DNA of 64,000 nucleotides from a virus. Taxonomy: Duplodnaviria > Heunggongvirae > Uroviricota > Caudoviricetes. The notes below the pieces were generated by a model, which was not told the origin of the DNA, did not search any database, and saw only the letters and a list, made by a program, of their open reading frames with translations. The translations under genes and the position numbers were made by a program. Every line of letters begins with the position of its first letter. Position 1 is the first letter of the stretch. Where the stretch lies: the IMG/VR virus record IMGVR_UViG_3300028840_008153, positions 35,143 through 99,142 of that record; one strand, 5' to 3'. Below, piece by piece: positions 46,236 through 54,572 of this stretch.

Positions 46236-48485
46236 TTATCCCAGAACGTCGGTCAGTTCGGCTTCAGGCTCCTCGGCCATCTCCGGCTCGATCGTCTTCT
46301 GCTTCAGGAACAGGGCCAGCTCGCCCAGATTCTTGAAGACGTTGCGCAGGTTGTCCTCAAGCTCGGTCATGTCCTGCTGGCCGTAGCGCTCCTTGAACTG
46401 GTCATAGTGCCAGTAGTACATGAACAGGATGCGGCCCACGCGGTCCAGTCCCAGCAGCAGGTCGCTGATGTACTTGTCGACGGCGTCGTCGACGTCCATC
46501 GTGTTGACCAGTCCCGAGATCACGGCCGTATCGAGCACTTCCTTCTGGCCGGTCTGCGCGGCGTCCTGCGCGTATTGCTTGACGGCCGCATCCATCTCCC
46601 GGTCGTCCCGATAGTGCTCACGGTTGTGACCCATGGAGTCGTTGAGGTTCTGCAGCTCCACGTGGGGATACTGGATCGGCGCCGGAATGCCGTACTCGTA
46701 CCCCTGAGGCGGCTCGGGGAAGTACCCGCTGATGGGCTGGTTCTGCGCCTGCTTCACGTAGAACGTCTCGGCCTTGCGCGGGCGCGCCTGCTTGATCAGG
46801 AACTCCGCGTCCTCCTGGCCGAAGTTCTGCTGCACGATCAGGTGCTTCAGACAGGCCAGCTTGGACATGGGTTTGCAGATGTGACCGTTGATCACGGGCA
46901 CGTAGTTGATGCCGTCGGTGCGAAGCTGAAGGCGGTAAACGCCTGATTTGCCCTCCTGCGCGGTCTTGTAGAGCTGCAGCACGCACTCGGACAGGGAGCC
47001 CAGATCATTGGTGCCGTTCATGCCGCCCTTCCACGTGTTGGGCAGCTGAATGCCTTTCCACGTGTTGGGAATGAACAGCGTGCTGCCGATCTGCGTGGCC
47101 CGTTCGCCGTCCTTGCCCGTGAGCACGATGGACTTCACGTGCGCGTCGCCCCCGTCATCCTCAGCGAGAACGGGCACCGGCCGGGAGCGCTTGTTGCGCC
47201 ACGAGCTGCTGCCGGAACTCTCGGAGATGCAGGTCTGACCATAAACGGCCATTTCGGTCTGGCCTTCGCCGTTGGTCCGCTTCTTCGTGACCTCGAAGAC
47301 CATCGTGCCATTGCTGCCGTCGGGCGAGACCAGCATCGCATACTGATCGACCTTGAGCTGCTTCGGGTTGATGAAATCCCGTTTGAAGCACTCCTGCCAC
47401 TCGCCGTTGTCCAGCCGCTTGCAGATGAACACGTCGTTGGAGAAGTAGTTGCCGAAGCGCTTGCCCTTGGGCGAGACCACCACGGCCGTGCCGGGCCTCG
47501 GATCATAGCCCACCTTGTCGGGCGCGGTCAGCACCAACACCTGCTCGGCGTTGCCGTTGGCCGTCAGGATCTCATAGAAACCGTTCTCACTGGGATTCTG
47601 CAGCTGCCGTGAGATCTGCGACTTGTACATCCTGGCCTTGCTGTCGTCGGAGCGCTCGTCCTTGACCACGTACTGATCGCGCATGAGCTTCTTCTTGTCG
47701 GCTTCGGAGAGGCCGTGCGCGTCGGCAGTGTTGTCGTCGCCGCGCGTGACCACGACCACGTCGGGCGCCGTGTCCTCGATCTTCTTGTCGCCCGTGTCCG
47801 CGCGCTTCTGGTAGTTGACGTTGACCAGGTCCTTGATGTCGTAGTAACGGAGCACCGCATTGGCGAACTTGACGTCATCACGCATCGACTTGATGAGCGT
47901 GTAGACGCTGTCGCGCCCCGCCGTCTTCAGGAAGTTGGGCAGGTGGCAACGGTCCGTCACCTCCGCGTACTTCTCTGCGTTGGGCCAGTTCTGCGGGAGG
48001 AAGACGTCCATGAACGGCTTGTAGTCGTCGTCCAGCCCCTTGTAGATGCTCTGGAGGGTCCGGCGCTCGGCGGCGTACTTCGAGCCCATGTGCGGCGTGC
48101 GGGCAAAGATGTCGAAGTCCGGCTGGTTGAGCGCAAGGTCCTTCTTGGGCGTCGGTTCCGGCGAACCCAGCACCGGCGGGCGCCGGTTGAGAAGGTAGTT
48201 GACCCAGGACTCGATCAACGGAACGAAGGCGTCCTGGGACTTGATGTACATCAGCTCATGTCCCTTCAGCTCCCCGTTGATGAAGAACACTGGGGCGTAC
48301 ACCCACTCGCTGGCCACCTTGAAGCCGAAGACACCGACGGCGTGCGTCTCGTCGTCGTTCTTGTCTATCAGCTGGAAGCCGATGAGATCGTCGAGCAGGC
48401 TGGGCGCCTTATCACGCAATCTGGCATACGCCAAATCGGCGAACGTGCGCTCAAAGTTGGCATCCGTAGAGGTTGGCCCCGGCAT
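46236..48485 (-). CDS. Large hypothetical head-associated protein, 749 aa
   Basis: Folded N-domain, then segments delimited by KYA, KTA, KRA, KTA and KQA; no portal signature recognised. Confidence 0.6.
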   Translation of the reverse strand: MPGPTSTDANFERTFADLAYARLRDKAPSLLDDLIGFQLIDKNDDETHAVGVFGFKVASEWVYAPVFFINGELKGHELMYIKSQDAFVPLIESWVNYLLNRRPPVLGSPEPTPKKDLALNQPDFDIFARTPHMGSKYAAERRTLQSIYKGLDDDYKPFMDVFLPQNWPNAEKYAEVTDRCHLPNFLKTAGRDSVYTLIKSMRDDVKFANAVLRYYDIKDLVNVNYQKRADTGDKKIEDTAPDVVVVTRGDDNTADAHGLSEADKKKLMRDQYVVKDERSDDSKARMYKSQISRQLQNPSENGFYEILTANGNAEQVLVLTAPDKVGYDPRPGTAVVVSPKGKRFGNYFSNDVFICKRLDNGEWQECFKRDFINPKQLKVDQYAMLVSPDGSNGTMVFEVTKKRTNGEGQTEMAVYGQTCISESSGSSSWRNKRSRPVPVLAEDDGGDAHVKSIVLTGKDGERATQIGSTLFIPNTWKGIQLPNTWKGGMNGTNDLGSLSECVLQLYKTAQEGKSGVYRLQLRTDGINYVPVINGHICKPMSKLACLKHLIVQQNFGQEDAEFLIKQARPRKAETFYVKQAQNQPISGYFPEPPQGYEYGIPAPIQYPHVELQNLNDSMGHNREHYRDDREMDAAVKQYAQDAAQTGQKEVLDTAVISGLVNTMDVDDAVDKYISDLLLGLDRVGRILFMYYWHYDQFKERYGQQDMTELEDNLRNVFKNLGELALFLKQKTIEPEMAEEPEAELTDVLG

Positions 48486-48522
48486 TTGCCACTCTCCTTC
48501 TCGAAAGGGAACGCTTCACGTC

Positions 48523-48936
48523 TTAGTACATCGGGCCCGGCCGGAACATCCGGTCGATCATCCGACTCTGCGCACCAAGCGCCCGCATCTGGGCTCCGTA
48601 GCCCATGACGTCAGACATCGCTCTGGGGTCCAGACCCCCAATGTTTGACATGTTGGGAAGGCCCCGGCCATACGGCCCGAAGCGCTGATCATAGGGCGAC
48701 GAAAGAAGGCGTCGACCAAAGCGAAGGGCCTCGGGAGCAGCCACGAGCCCGCCCGCCAAAAGGGCGAGCGGCCACCCGGCCGTTTTCTCCATGGCCTTCT
48801 TGTTGAAGACCGCAGCCAGCAGGCCCGGGTCCAGTTTCAACTTTGCGGCCATCTTCTTGAAGAACTGCGGCTGGGGCGTAACGTCCTTGAGGTAGCCGTA
48901 ATCGGAGCCGAGTTCAAAAGCGGCGGACTTCTTCAT
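48523..48936 (-). CDS. Small hypothetical protein with hydrophobic segment
   Basis: MKKSAAFELG...EKTAGWPLALLAGGLVAA; Gly/Met-rich tail. Confidence 0.6.
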   Translation of the reverse strand: MKKSAAFELGSDYGYLKDVTPQPQFFKKMAAKLKLDPGLLAAVFNKKAMEKTAGWPLALLAGGLVAAPEALRFGRRLLSSPYDQRFGPYGRGLPNMSNIGGLDPRAMSDVMGYGAQMRALGAQSRMIDRMFRPGPMY

Positions 48937-48947
48937 GTTTCTTCTCC

Positions 48948-50786
48948 CTAGTACCCCTTGCCCTTGGGAACCCTTCCAAACTCCACGCCCTTGGCCAGTG
49001 ATGGAATGTAGGAGGTGCCGTGCTCATCAGAGGACTGGGTGCGGTGAACCGCCTTGGTCAGTCCCGATCTGAGGTGGAATCCTCCCATCCGAACCATCCA
49101 ATCCGAACTGTGTGAAAGCGTCTCCATCGCGCGCGTCATCTCGGGCGTGAAGGAGGGCGCGTCTGCGTGTGCCTTAACAGCCTTTACGCCGTATTCCCCC
49201 AACTCCTTGGCGACCCTCGGCGTAATCTTCGTCCCGATCGAATAATGCAATGCCGGGGATTCAAGGTATAACCCAATGCCCCGCTTCGGCGCAACCGTTT
49301 TGAATCCAAACCGTGGCCGATAACCACGCGTCATCGAGTCAAATTCTACCACGTCATCGGGCACCGTATCCTCGGGGCCGTCCAGGTCGGAGATGCGCAC
49401 GTGATTGATGAGTCCCCGTGAAAGCAGCTCCACGTTGCGACGGTTGGCGGAGAAGTTACTGTCGTTCATGGCCTTCAGGAACTGCTGCGTGTAGTAACGC
49501 CGCCCCTCCCCAACACCCTTGTACTTCACGATCTCTGCGGGGTTGGGAAGCCCGCTCGACAGTACATCGCCGGCTTCCACACGATCGCCCTTCTTGGCTT
49601 TCAACTCCTGGTGCGGAGGAACCCAAGTGCGTGTTCCGGCAATAGTTACGTACTGCCCGCCCTGTGGGGCTTCCTCTATTGCATCCACTCTGCCATCGAG
49701 CGTCGCCAGTGCCGCGCCGCCCTGAAACGTCTTGGGCACCGAGACCAACTGCTCGATCAGATCCATGCCGGTCTTCTGCGAACTGGCATCGGCCTGCCCG
49801 CCCGTATGCTTGGCGGAAAGCTGCCCCTGGCCGATGGGTTCGGCGATGGCTTGCGCCGCAGCAATGCCGATATTGTCTCCCAAAGGCGGGAAACCGCCAC
49901 GCTCACGCACGCCCGCGCAGTGCTGACAAACGCCGTCCTGGGCCTGACAAGTAATGGGCGAACGCACAATGATTTTCTTGTCGCCCAGCTTGCGAAGATC
50001 CTTCGGATGGAGCACCGATCCGGCCGACATGCCGCCTGCTTTTTGGGCCAGAACCGTGCCCTCGTTGTCGGGATCGGAGGCGTCCACAGGAACCCCGTTG
50101 GCCGTGCCGCAGTCCTTCTCCGTGACGATCAGGCGATGCGCGGCCATTGCCAATTGCTTGGCCAGGAAGCCGGAACGGGGCGTGGCGAACTTGACGCTCA
50201 CGTAGCCTTTTCGCGCCCCGTAAGCCCCCGCCCAATACTGCACGGGATCGAGCCCCTCGGAGTAGGAATTGAGCAGTGGAATCGGTATGGGCCTGTCCTT
50301 GTGATCGACTACGAGCATGTCGCCCGCGTTGAGCGCCCTGAGCTGCCCGGCGTTCCCGCGTGCGCCCGACACAACCTGCAACGCCAAGGGGTTGTTGCTC
50401 TTCTTGGCCTCCGCAAAGGTCTGGTCGGTTGTCTCGTCAAGACGATCGGCGATCAGCTTGATGATCTTCCTGTTCTTGGTTTCCTCGTCAGCGCCGGACT
50501 GCGCGACGGCGTTGATGCTGCGCGCCAGGTTGCGGCGGGAGACCTCCACGCTCTTGGGCGTGCGCAACGACTCCAGCGAGAGGCTGGTCACGCCGCCGTA
50601 CGTGGTAGCCGCGTCCTGGGCCAAATTGTGCAGCTTGTGATTGAAGTCGGCATACTTGTCGGGGTAGCGATCGGCCATCTCCTGAAAGAGCGTCTTGAGC
50701 GTCTTCTTGTCAATGACGCGCTTGTAGTCCCGAAGGTCTTCGGGAAGGTTCTCATTCAGAAGAAGTTGTCCGACCGTCGTCTGCAT
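48948..50786 (-). CDS. rpoC: DNA-directed RNA polymerase beta' subunit, C-terminal half
   Basis: TTVGQ, SGARGN, SYSEGL...GARKG (bridge helix), EKDCGT, VRSPITC...GVCQHC (Zn site), AAQAIAEP...KHTGG (trigger loop His). Confidence 0.93.
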   Translation of the reverse strand: MQTTVGQLLLNENLPEDLRDYKRVIDKKTLKTLFQEMADRYPDKYADFNHKLHNLAQDAATTYGGVTSLSLESLRTPKSVEVSRRNLARSINAVAQSGADEETKNRKIIKLIADRLDETTDQTFAEAKKSNNPLALQVVSGARGNAGQLRALNAGDMLVVDHKDRPIPIPLLNSYSEGLDPVQYWAGAYGARKGYVSVKFATPRSGFLAKQLAMAAHRLIVTEKDCGTANGVPVDASDPDNEGTVLAQKAGGMSAGSVLHPKDLRKLGDKKIIVRSPITCQAQDGVCQHCAGVRERGGFPPLGDNIGIAAAQAIAEPIGQGQLSAKHTGGQADASSQKTGMDLIEQLVSVPKTFQGGAALATLDGRVDAIEEAPQGGQYVTIAGTRTWVPPHQELKAKKGDRVEAGDVLSSGLPNPAEIVKYKGVGEGRRYYTQQFLKAMNDSNFSANRRNVELLSRGLINHVRISDLDGPEDTVPDDVVEFDSMTRGYRPRFGFKTVAPKRGIGLYLESPALHYSIGTKITPRVAKELGEYGVKAVKAHADAPSFTPEMTRAMETLSHSSDWMVRMGGFHLRSGLTKAVHRTQSSDEHGTSYIPSLAKGVEFGRVPKGKGY

Positions 50787-50787
50787 A

Positions 50788-52668
50788 TCAGGTGCCTATG
50801 GCCAATGGGCGTTCCTTGGGCTTGGGTTTGCTGGCAAGTGCCGGGTTTGGCTTTTCTGGCAGCGCCGGGAAAAGACTTGCCGTTCCCTTGCCATACCGGG
50901 CACGATCGACGGCTGCTGCCGTTCCGGGGGCCGGAAGATCAGAAGGTTCGGGTGTTTCGGGGAAGTTGGCCGGGTTTGGTTCCTGCCGTTTGGCCATGAA
51001 CTGCTCGAAGCTCCCCTGAAAAGATGGCGGCGTCTGCCCGCCCGTAAAGCCCGCGCGCTCGGCCAGTCCGACGGTGCTCGGCTGCGCGCCTGGAGCCTCG
51101 CCCCTGAGACGGAAGAAGGCGTTGGTGCCCATGCGTCGCTGAAGATCCCTGCGTGCCGTGTCGCTCGAAGGGATTCCGGCCGTGTCGGAACGAACGGCCC
51201 AGCCGCCCGGCACCTGCGTTGCTCCCTCGGGAGCCTGCGGAATGCCGGCCCCCTGAACGCCGGGGCTGGGAGCGCTGCGAGGCGCTCGCGTGCCGCCGGA
51301 AGGATCGTAGCGCGTGCCACCGGTCTGTGTGGCGCGCGGTCCGGCCGGCCCGCCGATCCCGTAATGCTTCTCCAGCGCGGAGCGAAGTCCGTAGTTGCCC
51401 CGCGCGGCGTAGCGGATGGCCCGTGCCTGATCTCGTGGGTCTGTCAGCCCTCTCATGTTGATCTGATTGATGGCTTCCTGCATCCGTCCCTTCGCGCCAA
51501 CCTGCCCCATCTCCTCGAACTTGGACGCCTGTCCTTGGCGCTTCGCCAGGGCCGCGCGCGTGGAGGCCAGCATCTCATCAACGCTCTTGGGCTGCTGCTG
51601 CCCTGCCGTGCCGCCCGGAGTAACCTTTCCGCTTTGCAGCTGGTTCCAATACGCGCGTCCTTGGTGGCCCCAACGCCCCGCGCCGGGCGTTGTTCCGCCC
51701 GTAAACGGATTTACACTCCCGCTTTGAAAGGCCGGTGACGCTCTGGGGGGCACGCCTCCAGCGGGCGCCGCCGGAGCCGCTGTCGGGGCCGCTGCCGGGG
51801 CTCCCTGCATTTGCTTGAACTCGTTCTTTGAAAGCGGCTGCTTGCCGCGCGGCAGATTGCGAAGGTACGTCTGGTACGACGCCTCCTCCTGCGCGCCAAA
51901 ACCACTGAGATCGATCCCCGTGCTGCTGTGAAGCTGCTTAAGCCCGCGCCCTGTTGCACGCGCCCATTCTTGGCTCCACGGGTTCAGCCAGTTCCAATTG
52001 GAGCGTCTTTGTGCGTCTGCCTGCGCCAAATCCGAAGCGTAGTCGCTGGTCTTGAGAAGCACGTGCATCGCTGCCTGGTCTTCCTCGTCGAAGCCCGCCT
52101 GCTTGCAAAACAGGTCCACGCCGTGATCGAAGGCAAGCTGCTGCTCCCCATCACGCTCGGCGCTGCCCCAATGCATGAATGGCTGTTGACTGTACATGGG
52201 TCGCGCTCCCATCCGATACCGAGGCGTCCTCGTGACGCTTTCCATTCCGTGGCTGCTGAAGGGGGTATATCCTTGCGCCCTCGGATAACCTTGGCTGCCC
52301 GGATACCCCTGCGCTCCCGGGTATCCACCCTCTCCAGGCATTCGGGGCTGTTGCTGCTGGCCTCCGCCAAGCAGCTCTCCGGCCATGGGGACGAACGAAC
52401 CCACCATGGCGAGACTGCCAAGACGGTTGAGCCATGTGTCGAAACCGCCGCCGGCTGCAGGCGCTGCCGCGCCAGTGGCCTTCGCTGCCGTACCTGCGGT
52501 TCGTGCCGTATTGGCCGCTGTACCTGCGGTTCGCGCCATGTTGGCGGCCGTACCGGCTGCACGCGCGCCGCGCGCGGCACGCCACGCGCCCCACGCACCA
52601 CGTAACGCGCCCCAGAAAGCCCGCTTCTGGAGCGCTTGTTTGATTAGGAAACTCTCAGCGTCTCGCAT
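50788..52668 (-). CDS. Low-complexity Ala/Gly/Pro/Gln-rich protein with FLIKQA motif
   Basis: MRDAESFLIKQALQKRAFW; internal repeats; AFDHGVDLFCKQAG motif. Confidence 0.6.
   Translation of the reverse strand: MRDAESFLIKQALQKRAFWGALRGAWGAWRAARGARAAGTAANMARTAGTAANTARTAGTAAKATGAAAPAAGGGFDTWLNRLGSLAMVGSFVPMAGELLGGGQQQQPRMPGEGGYPGAQGYPGSQGYPRAQGYTPFSSHGMESVTRTPRYRMGARPMYSQQPFMHWGSAERDGEQQLAFDHGVDLFCKQAGFDEEDQAAMHVLLKTSDYASDLAQADAQRRSNWNWLNPWSQEWARATGRGLKQLHSSTGIDLSGFGAQEEASYQTYLRNLPRGKQPLSKNEFKQMQGAPAAAPTAAPAAPAGGVPPRASPAFQSGSVNPFTGGTTPGAGRWGHQGRAYWNQLQSGKVTPGGTAGQQQPKSVDEMLASTRAALAKRQGQASKFEEMGQVGAKGRMQEAINQINMRGLTDPRDQARAIRYAARGNYGLRSALEKHYGIGGPAGPRATQTGGTRYDPSGGTRAPRSAPSPGVQGAGIPQAPEGATQVPGGWAVRSDTAGIPSSDTARRDLQRRMGTNAFFRLRGEAPGAQPSTVGLAERAGFTGGQTPPSFQGSFEQFMAKRQEPNPANFPETPEPSDLPAPGTAAAVDRARYGKGTASLFPALPEKPNPALASKPKPKERPLAIGT
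52265..52330 (-). repeat. 18-nt coding repeat GYP(G/R)xQ, three to four copies
   Basis: GGYPGAQGYPGSQGYPRAQGY. Confidence 0.6.
52480..52570 (-). repeat. 30-nt coding tandem repeat (ARTAGTAANx, three copies)
   Basis: GTACCTGCGGTTCG recurs at 52490 and 52520. Confidence 0.7.
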
Positions 52669-52871
52669 TTTGCATTGAGCCCTATGCCAAGTGAATCCAA
52701 GAACCGCTTGAACTCGGCGCCCTCGTGAATGCCGGACGAGAGTATCTGCCCCGTCTCCAGCTTCTTGACTACGAGGATGGGATTGTCGAAGTCATCATAG
52801 ACGACGATCGATCGCACATCCTCCACTACCGTGGCCGCTTCGAGCCCTGCGGGTTGGGCCCTTACGCGCAT
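52644..52871 (-). CDS. Small hypothetical protein
   Basis: 75 aa; fills the gap between coupled genes; protein-like beta composition. Confidence 0.5.
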   Translation of the reverse strand: MRVRAQPAGLEAATVVEDVRSIVVYDDFDNPILVVKKLETGQILSSGIHEGAEFKRFLDSLGIGLNAKCETLRVS

Positions 52872-52872
52872 G

Positions 52873-53793
52873 TCATTTCCCTCGGTTGAGGTTCTGAATC
52901 ATCCTGTGGATGCGGAGTGCATGCTGCTTGTCAGCAGCTTTCTTCGGCTCCGATTTCGGAACCGGTTCCGGTTTTGGTTGCGGAGCAGCCGCCTGCTTGG
53001 GCTGTGGTGCGGGGGTCGGCTCAGGCTCCGGTGTGGCGTCCTTGAGCGTCTCCTTCACACGACTCTCCACGCTCGCCTGCGCGACCATGCCACTCATGGG
53101 AGCGACCGGCCCGGGCGGGGCGCCTTCGGGAATCACGCCGCCTGGAACTTCAGGCGGTGGAAGGGGTTCGCCTGCCGGAATACCGGCCGGACCGCCCATG
53201 GGCATGGCTTCAGGGGGCATCGCGCCTCCGGCCCCGGGCGGAACCTCAGCGCCTGCGACAGCGCCGCCCAGAAGCTCAATGAGCTGATCGAGCTTACCGG
53301 ACAACTCGTCGATCGCATCAGCCGTGTTGCGCCCGCCTTCAGGCGCTTTCTCCTCGTTGGGAGCGGGCGCCTCTTCAACCGGGGGCTCTTCGCCGCCAGG
53401 CGCGCCTCCCTCCTGGATCATGGCGAACAGCTGCATGAGATCGTCCAGACTCACCATGACGGGCTGTCCGGGCGGAGGTGCGCCGCCGGCTGCGGGGTCC
53501 ATTGGAGGAGCCCCGCCGGCTGCGGGGTCCATCGGAGGTGGAGCACCGCCCATTGCCGGGTCCATTGGAGGTGGAGCGCCGCCCATTGCCGGGTCCATGG
53601 GCATGCCGCCCGCCGCAGGCGGCGGAGCGCCCGCAGCCATGGGGTCCATGGGCGGCGGTGCGGTCGCGCCCTGCGGGCCCATGGGCACGAACCCTTCCTT
53701 CTTGAGTTCGGCGGCCTCCCTCTTGGAGAGGGCTCTGGCCACGTTCTGCTTGGCCAGCTTCAACATCACCGAATTTACGCGGGGCAATTCCAT
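52873..53793 (-). CDS. Pro/Gly/Met-rich disordered protein
   Basis: KKEG followed by PPPMDPA(M/A)GGA repeats; two short helices. Confidence 0.6.
   Translation of the reverse strand: MELPRVNSVMLKLAKQNVARALSKREAAELKKEGFVPMGPQGATAPPPMDPMAAGAPPPAAGGMPMDPAMGGAPPPMDPAMGGAPPPMDPAAGGAPPMDPAAGGAPPPGQPVMVSLDDLMQLFAMIQEGGAPGGEEPPVEEAPAPNEEKAPEGGRNTADAIDELSGKLDQLIELLGGAVAGAEVPPGAGGAMPPEAMPMGGPAGIPAGEPLPPPEVPGGVIPEGAPPGPVAPMSGMVAQASVESRVKETLKDATPEPEPTPAPQPKQAAAPQPKPEPVPKSEPKKAADKQHALRIHRMIQNLNRGK
53466..53650 (-). repeat. Imperfect 30-33-nt coding tandem repeat (MDPAxGGAPP)
   Basis: CCGCCGGCTGCGGGGTCCAT at 53483 and 53513; at least four units. Confidence 0.75.
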
Positions 53794-53796
53794 GTC

Positions 53797-54516
53797 TTAA
53801 CCCTTTGCTTTGAGGACGCAGGCGACCTTTGCGAGCCGCGCGAACAGTCGGGCGGCTTTCTGTTTGTCTTCCGAGTTCTTGACCACTTCGCGCATCAGAC
53901 GCGGGTTGGCGAGCTTCTCTATCACTGAACTCTTCTTGAGGATCTTGGCCTTCACCTGCACGGGCTTCTTGCTCGTGACAGTCACCGAAGGCGACTTGCC
54001 CTTGGCGGCGAACCGGACCTTTTCCTGCTTCGTCAGCGGACAGCTTTTGCCCGCAGCCGCCTTTTCGCGCGCCTTCTTCAGAAGCGCCCTGCGGAACTTC
54101 GCCGCCTTGACCGTGGCGGTCACGCCCCTGAGCGTCTTTGCCGCATGCTTCTCGATCAGCTTTTCCACGAGCTGCACGGAGCAGTTCTTGGGCAAGTGCT
54201 CGGCGTGCTTGGCGATGATGCCGATGATCTCCTTGCGCCGTTCGGGGCTGAGCTGCGCGGTCTTGTGAGGCGTCAGCCCCTCAAGGCCGGTCTTTGCCGC
54301 GCCCGTGGACTGTGGGCTGGTCGTGGGCGTCGAAGCGCCCTGCGACGGGGCGGGCTGCCCGGCTGCCAAACCCGGATTCATGGCTGTGCCCGGAGCGGGC
54401 GCACCGGCCGCCGAAGCGGGAGCAGGCTGCGCCGTGTTCAGCTGCGAGGTGCGAACCTGCGGCGACACCACCTGCGGCGTGTTGACGGGGGCTTGATCGG
54501 GACTGAGCGTGGGCAT
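53797..54516 (-). CDS. Lys-rich basic protein, possible DNA-binding core protein
   Basis: AGGAG RBS; Pro/Ala/Gln N-half, Lys-rich C-half with many K-x-A motifs. Confidence 0.6.
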   Translation of the reverse strand: MPTLSPDQAPVNTPQVVSPQVRTSQLNTAQPAPASAAGAPAPGTAMNPGLAAGQPAPSQGASTPTTSPQSTGAAKTGLEGLTPHKTAQLSPERRKEIIGIIAKHAEHLPKNCSVQLVEKLIEKHAAKTLRGVTATVKAAKFRRALLKKAREKAAAGKSCPLTKQEKVRFAAKGKSPSVTVTSKKPVQVKAKILKKSSVIEKLANPRLMREVVKNSEDKQKAARLFARLAKVACVLKAKG

Positions 54517-54539
54517 GGCAATCTCCTATCTTTCAAAGC

Positions 54540-54567
54540 ATTATAGTACACCGGGCGCTTTTGTCAC
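54540..54567 (-). promoter_or_regulatory. sigma70-like promoter GTGACA-N16-TATAAT
   Basis: Perfect -10 at 54545-54540 and -35 at 54567-54562, in the gap after the RNAP gene. Confidence 0.6.
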
Positions 54568-54572
54568 GATGG

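Noticed and set aside
46236-48485. Portal protein
   Set aside because: Size fits, but no portal-like pattern was recognised and it is punctuated by K-x-A sites; left as hypothetical.
52265-53650. CRISPR array or non-coding repeats
   Set aside because: Repeats are in-frame, degenerate at third positions and lack unique spacers.
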